DNA from: Gammaproteobacteria bacterium | GTDB taxonomy: Bacteria; Pseudomonadota; Gammaproteobacteria; Steroidobacterales; Steroidobacteraceae | Reading direction: 5' to 3' | DNA: 53,843 nucleotides | Assembly (NCBI GenBank): GCA_027451085.1 | Contig: DAIDKA010000237.1 | Location: 1-53,843, forward strand | Part shown: piece after piece, positions 24,662 to 33,614 of the stretch | How positions within the stretch are numbered: the stretch's first letter is position 1 | Layout of the letters: every line of letters starts with the position of its first letter | Notes under the pieces: generated by a model | What the model was told of the DNA's origin: nothing | What the model saw: only the letters and a program-made list of their open reading frames with translations | The model's database searches: none | Made by a program: the position numbers and the translations under genes

Positions 24662-27160
24662 ATGACGGGGACTGGCGCAATGACGCACGGCTTGAAGCAC
24701 GGGCGGTCGAAGGGCGGGGCGGCGGCCAGCCTGTTGCTGGGCGCTCTGGTTTCGGCGGTTGCCGTGGCCGCAGTGCCTGGTGGTGCGCCTGCGGCCGGGG
24801 ACGTGTCAGCGGCGGCTGGGAGTGCCGCAGCCGGCGCGCATCCGCCGCAGTGGGACCTGCTGTCCCACAACTGTGTCAAATGCCATAACACCACCGACTG
24901 GGCGGGTGGCGTGGCCTTCGATTCCATGTCGCCGCAGGACGTGCCGCATGACGCGGACATCTGGGAAAAGGCGATCACCAAGCTGCAGGGGCGGCTGATG
25001 CCGCCGCCGGGCAATCCCCAGCCCACCCAGGCCAGCATTGATGACTTCACCGCGTGGCTGGCGGGGACGCTGGATGCGGCCGCGGCGGCCCGTCCCCAAC
25101 CGGGCAACGTCGGGTTGCACCGCCTGAACCGCACCGAATACGCTCGTGAAATCCACGCCATGCTCGGCCTGGATGTCGACGTCACGACACTGCTGCCCAG
25201 GGATGTCTCCAGCGACGGCTTCGATGACATCGCCGCGATGCTACGTGTGTCGCCGACCTTCCTGGACCAGTACATCAGCGCCGCGCGCAACGTGGCACGC
25301 CAGGCCGTGGGCCGCGCCAGCGCCAAGCCCACCACCCTCGAATACCGTATCCCCAGCAACGTCGATCAGTCGGAGCACATCGACGGACTGCCGCTGGGCA
25401 CCCGCGGTGGCGCGGTGATCACCCACTGGTTCCCGGCGGATGGCGTGTACGAGTTCGACATCCGCAACTTTTTCTTCAGCGGTGCGGGCTACGTCACCAA
25501 GATCGACAGCCCGCACCGCGTGATCCTCACCATCGACGACGTTCCGGTGTTCCATGCCGATGTCGGCGGGCCCGAGGATCTGAAGGCGGTGGATACGCGC
25601 TTTGCCGCGGCCTCCGATGAACTGCAGGCGCGCTTCGATCACATCCGCGTGCGGTTGCCGGCCGGCTCCCACCGGGTGGGCGTGGCCTTCGTGCAGCGTT
25701 CCTTCGCCGAGTCCGATTCGCCGCTGCAGCCGATCGCGGAACTGCCCGAGATGGAGCGTTACCCCACCATCCCCGGCGTGGAAATCTCCGGACCGTTCGA
25801 TGTCACCGGGGTGGGCAACACCGTGAGCCGGCAACGGATCTTCATCTGCCGGCCGCAGAGCGAGGCGCAGGAACTGCCCTGCGCGCGCCGCATCCTGCGC
25901 AACCTCGCCACCCAGGCTTTCCGCCGCCCGGTGGACGAGTCCGACCTTGCGGCGCCGCTTGCGTTCTACCGTGAAGGTCGCGCGGCGGGTGATTTTGACG
26001 CCGGCATCGAGAGCGGGCTTACGGCCATCCTGTCCAGCACCAAGTTCCTGTTCCGTGCCGAGCTGCCGCCGGTGGGGACGACGCAGGGTGTGGCTTACCG
26101 CGTGGATGATCTGGCGCTGGCATCGCGGCTGTCGTTCTTCCTGTGGAGCGAGGGGCCGGACCAGGGGCTGGTGGACCTGGCCGCCGCGGGCAAGCTGCAT
26201 CAGCCCGAGGTGCTGCGCGCCCAGGTCGATCGTATGCTGGCGGACCGGCGTTCGTCTTCGCTGGTCAGCAACTTCGCATTCGAGTGGCTCGCGGTGTCCA
26301 AGATGGACAACGTGGAGCCGACCGCGTCGCTGTACCCGGACTTCGACCGCAACCTGCGCGAGGGCTACCGTGAGGAGATCCGCCTGTTCCTCGACAGCGT
26401 CCTGCGCTCCAACCAGAGCGTGCTCAACCTCCTGACCTCCAACCGCACCTTCCTCAACGAGCGGGTGGCGCGCGAGTACGGCGTGCCGGACATCCGTGGC
26501 GACCAGTTCAGGCCGGTGGTGCTGACGGATCCGCGGCGTTTCGGCCTGCTGGGCAAGGGCGCGATCCTGATGGGCACGGCCTATGGCAACCGGACCTCCC
26601 CCGTGCTGCGCGGCTCATGGATCCTGGAGAACATCACCGGCACGCCGCCGGAGAGCCCGCCGCCCGGGGTGCCGCAGCTGGCCGAAACCGAGCCGGGCGC
26701 GCAGGCGCAGACGGTGCGCATGCGCCTGGAGCACCACCGGGCCAATCCGTCCTGCAATGCCTGCCATGGCGTGATCGATCCGCTCGGCTTCGCGCTCGAG
26801 AACTTCGATGTGGAGGGCGCCTGGCGTGACCGCGACCTCGATGCCGGCACGGCCATCGATGCAGGCGGCCGTCTGGCCGATGGCACCGACGTGTCCGGGC
26901 CGGTGCAGCTGCGCGCCGCACTGCTCAGGCGCCCGGACCTGTTCGTGCAGACGCTGACGGAAAAGCTGATGACCTATGCGCTGGGCCGTGAACTCACCGC
27001 GCAGGACATGCCGGCGGTGCGCGCCGTCGTGCGCGAGGCGGATGTCCACGGCGATACCTTCGAGTCCATCGCGCAGGGCATCGTTGCCAGCGCTGCGTTC
27101 CAGATGCGCCAGCCGGCCTCCCGGGCCGCCAGTCAACAGGTGGCCGCCAACGGCACCTGA
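24662..27160 (+). CDS. DUF1592-type multidomain heme-c protein (PSCyt3 / DUF1587-1595-1592-1588-1585 architecture)
   Basis: The 832-aa protein has a signal-like N-terminus (AAASLLLGALVSAVAVAAV). It has CVKCH at 24872-24886 and a second CNACHGVIDPLGFALENFD motif at 26753 onward. Other family-typical strings are LMPPPG, RLNRTEY, FAFEWL and TSPVLRGSWILENI. Confidence 0.85.
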   Translation: MTGTGAMTHGLKHGRSKGGAAASLLLGALVSAVAVAAVPGGAPAAGDVSAAAGSAAAGAHPPQWDLLSHNCVKCHNTTDWAGGVAFDSMSPQDVPHDADIWEKAITKLQGRLMPPPGNPQPTQASIDDFTAWLAGTLDAAAAARPQPGNVGLHRLNRTEYAREIHAMLGLDVDVTTLLPRDVSSDGFDDIAAMLRVSPTFLDQYISAARNVARQAVGRASAKPTTLEYRIPSNVDQSEHIDGLPLGTRGGAVITHWFPADGVYEFDIRNFFFSGAGYVTKIDSPHRVILTIDDVPVFHADVGGPEDLKAVDTRFAAASDELQARFDHIRVRLPAGSHRVGVAFVQRSFAESDSPLQPIAELPEMERYPTIPGVEISGPFDVTGVGNTVSRQRIFICRPQSEAQELPCARRILRNLATQAFRRPVDESDLAAPLAFYREGRAAGDFDAGIESGLTAILSSTKFLFRAELPPVGTTQGVAYRVDDLALASRLSFFLWSEGPDQGLVDLAAAGKLHQPEVLRAQVDRMLADRRSSSLVSNFAFEWLAVSKMDNVEPTASLYPDFDRNLREGYREEIRLFLDSVLRSNQSVLNLLTSNRTFLNERVAREYGVPDIRGDQFRPVVLTDPRRFGLLGKGAILMGTAYGNRTSPVLRGSWILENITGTPPESPPPGVPQLAETEPGAQAQTVRMRLEHHRANPSCNACHGVIDPLGFALENFDVEGAWRDRDLDAGTAIDAGGRLADGTDVSGPVQLRAALLRRPDLFVQTLTEKLMTYALGRELTAQDMPAVRAVVREADVHGDTFESIAQGIVASAAFQMRQPASRAASQQVAANGT

Positions 27161-27169
27161 GGAGAAGTC

Positions 27170-28495
27170 ATGTTCATCACCAAGAAGCATATTTCCCGCC
27201 GCACCGTGCTCAAGGGCGTGGGCGGGGTCGCACTGGGGCTGCCGCTGCTCGACGCCATGGTGCCGGCGGCCACCGCCCTGGCGAACACGGCGGCCAAGCC
27301 GCGGACGCGCCTGGGATTCTTCTATTTCCCGCACGGCGCGGTCATGGAACGCTGGACTCCGGCGCAGACCGGACGCGACTTTGCGCTGAGTGAGATTCTT
27401 GCGCCGCTTGCGCCGTACCAGGACCAGCTGACCGTGATCAGCAACCTCGGCAACAAGCCGGCCGAGAGCCGCGCGGTGCACGCACTGGTGCCGGCCACCT
27501 GGCTGTCCTGCGTGCATCCGAAGGAAAGCATCACGCCGGACATGGCGGTGACGGTGGACCAGATGGCCGCGCAGCACATCGGCCAGGACACGCCGTATCC
27601 GTCGCTGGAGACTGCCACCGCGCAGGGCCAGGGCGTGGGCAGCGCCTGCGAACGGGGTTTCGGCTGCACCTACTCGGGCACGCTGTCGTTCAGCACTCCG
27701 TCCACGCCGCTGCCGATCGAAAGCAATCCGCGGCAGTTGTACCTGCGGCTGTTCGGCCAGGGCGACAGTCCCGCCGAACGCCAGTTCGTGTCGCACCAGA
27801 CGGCGAGCCTGCTGGACATGATCGCCGGCGAGACCGGCGCCCTGAAGCAGCAACTCGGTCCGGCCGACCGCGCGACGCTCGATGACTACCTGACCAGCGT
27901 GCGCGAGATCGAGCGCCGCGTGCACAACGCAGCGCAGGGGGATGTGGCGAAGCTGAAACTGCCGGAGGTGCCGGGCGCCACCTCGGACAACTTCGACGAG
28001 CACTTGAACCTGATGTTCGACCTGATCGCACTGGCCTACCAGGGCAACCTGACGCGGGTGCAGAGCTTCATGATCGCCCCCGAGGTGAGCGAGCAGACCT
28101 ACGGCTGGATCGGCGTGCCCGATGCCTTCCATGCACTGTCACACCACGGCAATGATCCGGCCAAGAAAGCGCGGCTGGCGAAGATCCAGCGCTACCACAC
28201 CGATGTCTTCGCCAAGTTCGTCGGCAAGCTCAAGGCCATGCCGGACGGCGACGGCAGCATGCTCGACCACTCGATACTGCTGTACGGCAGCAACATGAGT
28301 AACAGCAACGCCCACAACCAGTATCCGCTGCCCACGGCCATCCTGGGCCATGGCTGCGGCACCGTGCGTGGCGGCCAGCACATCAACTTCGCCCAGCGCA
28401 CTCCGCTTGCGAACGTGCACCTGTCGATCCTGCAGCGCGCCGGCGTGCCGGTGACGAGCGTCGGTGACAGCACCGGCGCCATCGCGGAGATCTGA
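27170..28495 (+). CDS. DUF1552 domain protein with a Tat-type signal
   Basis: ATG 27170 lies 4 nt after GGAGAAG and 9 nt after the upstream stop. MFITKKHISRRTVLKGVGGVALGLPLLDAMVP is the typical DUF1552 N-terminus. Also present are HALSHHGNDP and LLYGSNMSNSNAHN. Confidence 0.85.
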   Translation: MFITKKHISRRTVLKGVGGVALGLPLLDAMVPAATALANTAAKPRTRLGFFYFPHGAVMERWTPAQTGRDFALSEILAPLAPYQDQLTVISNLGNKPAESRAVHALVPATWLSCVHPKESITPDMAVTVDQMAAQHIGQDTPYPSLETATAQGQGVGSACERGFGCTYSGTLSFSTPSTPLPIESNPRQLYLRLFGQGDSPAERQFVSHQTASLLDMIAGETGALKQQLGPADRATLDDYLTSVREIERRVHNAAQGDVAKLKLPEVPGATSDNFDEHLNLMFDLIALAYQGNLTRVQSFMIAPEVSEQTYGWIGVPDAFHALSHHGNDPAKKARLAKIQRYHTDVFAKFVGKLKAMPDGDGSMLDHSILLYGSNMSNSNAHNQYPLPTAILGHGCGTVRGGQHINFAQRTPLANVHLSILQRAGVPVTSVGDSTGAIAEI

Positions 28496-28498
28496 TCC

Positions 28499-30121
28499 AT
28501 GGCAGAAAGCCGCCTGCGGCGCTTTTCGCGGCCCGTCCGGCCAAACGCGTGGTTTGTGCCAAACGCGATGCTCGCTCGCGTGCGCCTGGTTCTGCTGCTG
28601 GTGCTGGCCGGCAGCGCACGGGTGGCCGCGGCTGCTGATGTGGTCGCGCCCGACCTGGCCCCTGCGCCCCTGGTTGCGGCGGCGCGGATCGATGACGCGG
28701 CCACGGTGCGCCAGCTGCTGGCGGCGAAACCTGCGGTGGATGTCCGGCAGCGTTCTGCCGACGGCACCACGGCGCTGCACTGGGCGGTGTATCACGATGA
28801 TGTCCCGCTGGTGGAAACGCTCATCGCCCGCGGCGCGGATGTGAAGGTCGTCAACCAGTACGGTTCATCGCCGATGTCGGAAGCCGCGGTCACCGGCGAT
28901 GTGCGCGTGCTCAAGGACCTGCTGGCGGCCGGCGCCGATGTGGAGTCGCCCAATGCGGATGGCCAGACCGCCCTGATGGTGCTCGCCCGCACCAGCAATG
29001 TCGCGGCCGCGAGGCTGCTGCTCGATCACGGCGCCAGGGTGGACACCCGTGAGCGCTGGCGGCAGCAGACGGCGCTGATGTGGGCCGCCGCCGAGGCGCA
29101 GCCGGCCATGGTGAAACTGCTGCTGGCCCACGGCGCGCATCCCGACGCCCGTTCACAGGTGAACGACTGGGAGCGGCAGGTCACGGTGGAGCCGCGCATG
29201 CAGGCCCGGCCTTCCGGCGGCTTCACGCCGCTGCTGTATGCGGCCCGACGCGGCTGCGTGGAATGCGCACGGCTGCTGCTGGAGCACGGCGCCGACGTCA
29301 ATCTTGCCGATCCGGATGGTGTCAGCCCGCTGTTGCTTGCGACGCTGAATTTCAACTTCGACACCGCGGCGCTGCTGGTCAGCAGGCACGCCAATGTCAA
29401 TCAGTGGGACCTGTGGGGCCGCTCGGCGCTGTATGCCGCGGTGGACCTCGATACCCTGCCGGTGGGCGGGCGCGCCGACCGGCCCTCCGCGGACAAAACC
29501 AGCAGTCTCGACCTGGTCGGCCTGCTGCTCAATGCCGGCGCCAATCCCAACCTGCAGCTGAAGCTCATGCCACCGTACCGGTCGCTGCGTGATGACCGCG
29601 GAGCTGACCAGTTGCTCGGGGTGGGCGCTACGCCGCTGCTGCGCGCGGCCAAGGCCGGTGACGTGCCGGCCATGAAACTGCTGCTGGAACACGGGGCCTT
29701 GGTCGACCTGCCCACGGCCAGTGGTGTCACACCGCTGCTGGCTGCCGCGGGTGACGCTTCGTCGTCCATCGACACGCGTGGCCGCTACAAGACCGAGACG
29801 CAGGCCGTGCAGGCGGTGGACCTGCTGATCACGCATGGCGCGGACGTGAATGCCCGCGATGCCGCCGGCGAAACGGCGCTGTTCGGCGCTGCGCAGTGGG
29901 GCTGGAACAGCCTGGTGCGCCAGCTTGCCGCGCACAACGTGGACCTGATGGCCAGGGATGCCCGCGGCCGCACGGCCGTCGATGTCGCCATGGGCAGCGC
30001 GAGCAGCTCGGGCCGCTTCAGTACTGAGCCGCACCCGCAGACCGTGACGCTGCTGCGCCAGTTGATGGCCCGGGCCGCGCCGCCCGTGGCCGCCGTAACC
30101 CCCGTTCCGGGCGCGCCATGA
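28499..30121 (+). CDS. Exported ankyrin-repeat protein (about 11-12 ANK repeats)
   Basis: ATG 28499 lies 3 nt after the upstream stop (alternative ATG at 28568). It has a hydrophobic signal (VRLVLLLVLAGSARVAAAA). The repeats fit G-x-TALH/L...LL..GAD/N.N, for example DGTTALHWAVYHDDVPLVETLIARGADV, DGQTALMVLA and GFTPLLYAARRGCVECARLLLEHGADVN. Confidence 0.85.
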   Translation: MAESRLRRFSRPVRPNAWFVPNAMLARVRLVLLLVLAGSARVAAAADVVAPDLAPAPLVAAARIDDAATVRQLLAAKPAVDVRQRSADGTTALHWAVYHDDVPLVETLIARGADVKVVNQYGSSPMSEAAVTGDVRVLKDLLAAGADVESPNADGQTALMVLARTSNVAAARLLLDHGARVDTRERWRQQTALMWAAAEAQPAMVKLLLAHGAHPDARSQVNDWERQVTVEPRMQARPSGGFTPLLYAARRGCVECARLLLEHGADVNLADPDGVSPLLLATLNFNFDTAALLVSRHANVNQWDLWGRSALYAAVDLDTLPVGGRADRPSADKTSSLDLVGLLLNAGANPNLQLKLMPPYRSLRDDRGADQLLGVGATPLLRAAKAGDVPAMKLLLEHGALVDLPTASGVTPLLAAAGDASSSIDTRGRYKTETQAVQAVDLLITHGADVNARDAAGETALFGAAQWGWNSLVRQLAAHNVDLMARDARGRTAVDVAMGSASSSGRFSTEPHPQTVTLLRQLMARAAPPVAAVTPVPGAP

Positions 30122-31077
30122 ACCGCCGGGGCTTTTTACGCACTGCCGCGCCGGCCGCGGCTGCTGTCGCATTGGCACGTGGCGGCCTGGGACGTGCCTG
30201 GGCTGTTCCGACCACCACGCCGGGCATGGCACCGGTCAACGGTCCGCTGACGGTTGCCGCGCTGACCGACCGGCTGTTCCTTATCCAGGGCGGGGGCGGC
30301 AATGTCACGGTGTTTGATTCGCCGCAGGGCGTGCTGCTGGTGGACGGCGGCTCGCCCGAGCGCTCGGCCGAGGTGTTGCGCCTGGTGCGCGAGCGCACCG
30401 GTAAAAGCCGCGTGGAAGTGCTGTTCAACACCCACTGGCACTGGGACCAGACCGGCTCGAACCTCGCGCTCGGCCGGGAAGGCACACGCATCATCGCCCA
30501 CGAGAACACCCGGCTATGGTTGACCGCCGAGGTCAACTCCAGATGGCAGCACCGGGTGTTCAAGCCGCTGCCGCACCAGGCGCTGCCGACGCAGACCTTC
30601 TACACCACCGGCAGCCTCGCGTTCGGCGGGGAGCGCATCGACTATGGCTGGCTGCCCCAGGCCCACACCGACGGGGACATTTATGTCTTCTTCCGCGAGG
30701 CCAATGTGCTGGTGGCTGGGGATACCCTCGCGGTGGGCACCTATCCCATCCTGGACTGGTGCACCAATGGCTGGATAGGTGGTATGGCCACTGCCACCCA
30801 GGCGCTGGCGGACCTCTCGGCCGCTGACACCAAGGTCATTCCGGGCACAGGTCCGGTACAATCACGGGGTGATCTTGCGGCTGAGCACGACATGCTGGCA
30901 ACCCTTACGACGCGGCTGTCGAAGCTGCTGGCCCAGGGCATGAGCATCAAGGACATGCTGGCAGCCGCCCCTACGAAGGACTACGACGGCCGCTGGGGCG
31001 ACCCTACGCTGTTCGTGTCCAACGCCTGGCCCGGCCTGGTGCAGCGCGCGCGCTCTCTAGGCGTGAACATAGTTTAG
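30118..31077 (+). CDS. MBL-fold metallo-hydrolase with a Tat signal and variant metal motifs
   Basis: The ATG overlaps the ankyrin gene stop (ATGA). The Tat signal is MNRRGFLRTAAPAAAAVALARG. Motifs are NTHWHWDQTG (H-x-H-x-D-Q), QAHTDGD, LVAGD and IPGTGP. Confidence 0.85.
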   Translation: MNRRGFLRTAAPAAAAVALARGGLGRAWAVPTTTPGMAPVNGPLTVAALTDRLFLIQGGGGNVTVFDSPQGVLLVDGGSPERSAEVLRLVRERTGKSRVEVLFNTHWHWDQTGSNLALGREGTRIIAHENTRLWLTAEVNSRWQHRVFKPLPHQALPTQTFYTTGSLAFGGERIDYGWLPQAHTDGDIYVFFREANVLVAGDTLAVGTYPILDWCTNGWIGGMATATQALADLSAADTKVIPGTGPVQSRGDLAAEHDMLATLTTRLSKLLAQGMSIKDMLAAAPTKDYDGRWGDPTLFVSNAWPGLVQRARSLGVNIV

Positions 31078-31095
31078 ATTTTTCGAGGTTTTACG

Positions 31096-31449
31096 ATGGC
31101 AAGCATCAAGCGCCTGCAGCCCGGCGCCCGCATGAGCGAGGGGACCGTCCACAACGGTGTCGTCTACCTGGCTGGCCAGGTGGCCGTGAGCGGCGCCACC
31201 GGCATCAAGGAGCAGGTGCGCGAGGTGCTGGGCTCGATCGACGCTTTGCTGACCGAGGCCGGCAGCCACAAGTCGAACATCCTGCGCGCGCAGATCTTCC
31301 TGGCGGACCTGGCGGATTTTCCCGCGCTGAACGAGCTTTGGGATGCCTGGGTGGTTCCGGGCTCCACCCCGGCCCGCGCCACCGTGCAGGCAAAGCTGGC
31401 CAAGCCGGAATGGAAGGTCGAGATCGTCGTCACGGCGGCTGTAGGCTGA
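31096..31449 (+). CDS. RidA family protein
   Basis: The 117-aa product has YLAGQVA...RAQIFLADLADFPALNELWDAW...PARATVQAKLAKPEWKVEIVVTA, the YjgF/RidA fold signature. Confidence 0.85.
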   Translation: MASIKRLQPGARMSEGTVHNGVVYLAGQVAVSGATGIKEQVREVLGSIDALLTEAGSHKSNILRAQIFLADLADFPALNELWDAWVVPGSTPARATVQAKLAKPEWKVEIVVTAAVG

Positions 31450-31454
31450 AGTCC

Positions 31455-31667
31455 GTGCCGAGGCCTGCGGACCTTTGTCCGCGGTGCATGGGCGTCAATG
31501 ACTGCAGCATGGTGGCCGGCAGGGACGTGGCGCAGTGCTGGTGCCGCACGGCCGTTTTGCCTGAGGGCGGTCCGCCTGGCGGCTTCGAAAACGAAGTCTG
31601 CCTCTGCCGGGTCTGCCTCGAAGCCGTCGCCCTGAGTCGAAATTCTGTATCGAGGAGCATTCCATGA
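31455..31667 (+). CDS. Cysteine-rich CWC family small protein
   Basis: GTG 31455 lies 5 nt after the RidA stop. Its stop overlaps the next gene's ATG (ATGA). The 8-Cys pattern is CPRC..C......CWC....CLCRVC. The start codon is uncertain. Confidence 0.55.
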   Translation: MPRPADLCPRCMGVNDCSMVAGRDVAQCWCRTAVLPEGGPPGGFENEVCLCRVCLEAVALSRNSVSRSIP

Positions 31668-32716
31668 CAGCCCCCATGCAAGGCAAGTTGCGCAGGATCG
31701 CAGTGGAGGAGGCATTCTCCCTGCCCGAAGTGGCGGCTGCGATGCGTGACCAGGTGTGCCGTTCACCCTCCGTCCGCGGCGGTGATCTGTCGTTGTTGCG
31801 GCTGGTCTATGACGCCCCGGCCGACCGCCCCAAGGTTGGTTTTCTCGAGGGCCTGCTGGATCTCGAGGAGCGGCGCCTGAAGGAGATGGACCAGTACGGC
31901 GTGGACATGCAGGTGCTGTCGCTCACCTCACCGGGCGTGCAGATGTTCGACGCCGATACGGCGTGCGAGCTGGTGACCCTGGCCAACGACCGTCTGGCGG
32001 AGGTGATTGCGCGGCACCCGGCCCGCTTCGCCGGGCTTGCCAGCTTCGCGCCGCAGTCCCCGCGGCGCGCGGTCAAGGAAATGGAGCGCGCCATCGGCAA
32101 ATTGAAGCTCAACGGCTTCATCGTCAACTCACACACCAACAGCGAGTACCTGGATGACCCCAAGTACTGGCCGATCCTGGAAGCCGCCGAGGCGATGGAT
32201 CGCGTGCTCTACATCCATCCACGGGGCGCCTCCGACGGCCTGAAATGGCCCGTGGGCGACTACGGCATGGAAGCCGCCATGTGGGGCTATGGAGTGGACA
32301 TGGGCACCCACATGGTGCGCCTGATGGCCTCCGGGGTGTTCGACCGCTTCCCGAAGCTCAAGATCTGCGTCGGCCACATGGGTGAGGCGGTGCCGTTCTG
32401 GATCTGGCGTATCAATTTCATGAACAGCCGCAACCAGACCACGGGCCGCTCCCCCAAAACCAGCCTGACGATGGCGGAGTACCTGCAGCGCAATTTCCTG
32501 ATCACCACCAGCGGGGTCGAGGACCCCCTGGCGCTGGAATACACCGTCAAAAAGCTCGGTGCCGACAATGTCCTGTGGGCGATCGATTATCCTTACCAGC
32601 CGACGGCTCCGGCCGTGGCCTTCATGGACGCCGCGCCATTGAGCCCGGAAGACAAGGCCAAGGTATACCACCGCAATGCCGAGCGGGTGTTCCGCATCAA
32701 TCAAGAGAACAGGTAA
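31664..32716 (+). CDS. Amidohydrolase-2 family protein (ACMSD/LigW-type decarboxylase-like)
   Basis: ATG 31664 follows [68 protein letters not shown] and WAIDYPY form the PF04909-type metal-ligand pattern. Confidence 0.85.
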   Translation: MTAPMQGKLRRIAVEEAFSLPEVAAAMRDQVCRSPSVRGGDLSLLRLVYDAPADRPKVGFLEGLLDLEERRLKEMDQYGVDMQVLSLTSPGVQMFDADTACELVTLANDRLAEVIARHPARFAGLASFAPQSPRRAVKEMERAIGKLKLNGFIVNSHTNSEYLDDPKYWPILEAAEAMDRVLYIHPRGASDGLKWPVGDYGMEAAMWGYGVDMGTHMVRLMASGVFDRFPKLKICVGHMGEAVPFWIWRINFMNSRNQTTGRSPKTSLTMAEYLQRNFLITTSGVEDPLALEYTVKKLGADNVLWAIDYPYQPTAPAVAFMDAAPLSPEDKAKVYHRNAERVFRINQENR

Positions 32717-32720
32717 TTAC

Positions 32721-33578
32721 ATGACCGCGCATATCATCGACGGCAAGGCCGTCGCGGCCAAGATCAGGGGCGAACAGAAGGAGCGAATCCTGCGCATGCA
32801 GGCCGCGCACGGCGTCACCCCCGGGCTTGCCGTGATCCTGGTCGGCGAGGACCCGGCCTCCCAGGTTTATGTCCGCAACAAGATCACGGCCTGCCGCGAG
32901 GTCGGCATCCGTTCGGAGCTCATCAAGCTGCCGGCCACCGCCAGCCAGGCGGAGGTCCTCAAGCGCATCGATGAGCTGAACGCCGACAAGGGCATCCACG
33001 GCATCCTGGTGCAGCTGCCGCTGCCGAAGCAGGTGGACGTGCACGCGGTGCTGGAGCACATCGACTTCCACAAGGACGTGGACGGGTTCCACCTGTACAA
33101 CGTCGGCGGCCTGATCACCGGCCACACGGTGTTCCCGCCGTGCACGCCCTACGGCGTGCAGAAGTTGCTTGAGCACGAGAAGATCAATGTCGAAGGCCTG
33201 AACGTCGTGGTGGTGGGCGCCAGCAACATCGTCGGCAAGCCGATGGCCCTGATGCTGATGCAGCAGGACGCCACGGTGTGCATCTGCCACAAGAAGACGC
33301 GCGATCTGGCGCAGTTCACCACCCTGGCCGACATCCTGGTGGTGGCCGCCGGCGTGCCCGGGCTGATCCAGCCGCAGATGGTGAAGCCGGGCGCCGTGGT
33401 CATCGACGTCGGCATCAATCGCCTGCCGGACGGACGCATTGTCGGCGACGTCGACTTCGAGGGCGTGAGCAAGAAGGCCTCGGCCATCACCCCGGTGCCG
33501 GGTGGCGTGGGTCCCATGACCATCGCCATGCTGCTGTTCAACACGGTTGAATCGGCCGAGCGGTCGGTCGCCGCCTGA
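32721..33578 (+). CDS. folD: Bifunctional methylenetetrahydrofolate dehydrogenase/cyclohydrolase
   Basis: ATG 32721 ([16 protein letters not shown]...). [51 protein letters not shown] and [10 protein letters not shown] are canonical FolD motifs. Confidence 0.95.
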   Translation: MTAHIIDGKAVAAKIRGEQKERILRMQAAHGVTPGLAVILVGEDPASQVYVRNKITACREVGIRSELIKLPATASQAEVLKRIDELNADKGIHGILVQLPLPKQVDVHAVLEHIDFHKDVDGFHLYNVGGLITGHTVFPPCTPYGVQKLLEHEKINVEGLNVVVVGASNIVGKPMALMLMQQDATVCICHKKTRDLAQFTTLADILVVAAGVPGLIQPQMVKPGAVVIDVGINRLPDGRIVGDVDFEGVSKKASAITPVPGGVGPMTIAMLLFNTVESAERSVAA

Positions 33579-33614
33579 CAGGGGCTGATCCAGGCGGGCA
33601 AGGAAGGCAATCCG

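Noticed and set aside
26615-28132. 505-aa ORF on the minus strand
   Set aside because: It is antisense to the DUF1592/DUF1552 genes. It has no motifs and is Arg/His/Gly-rich.
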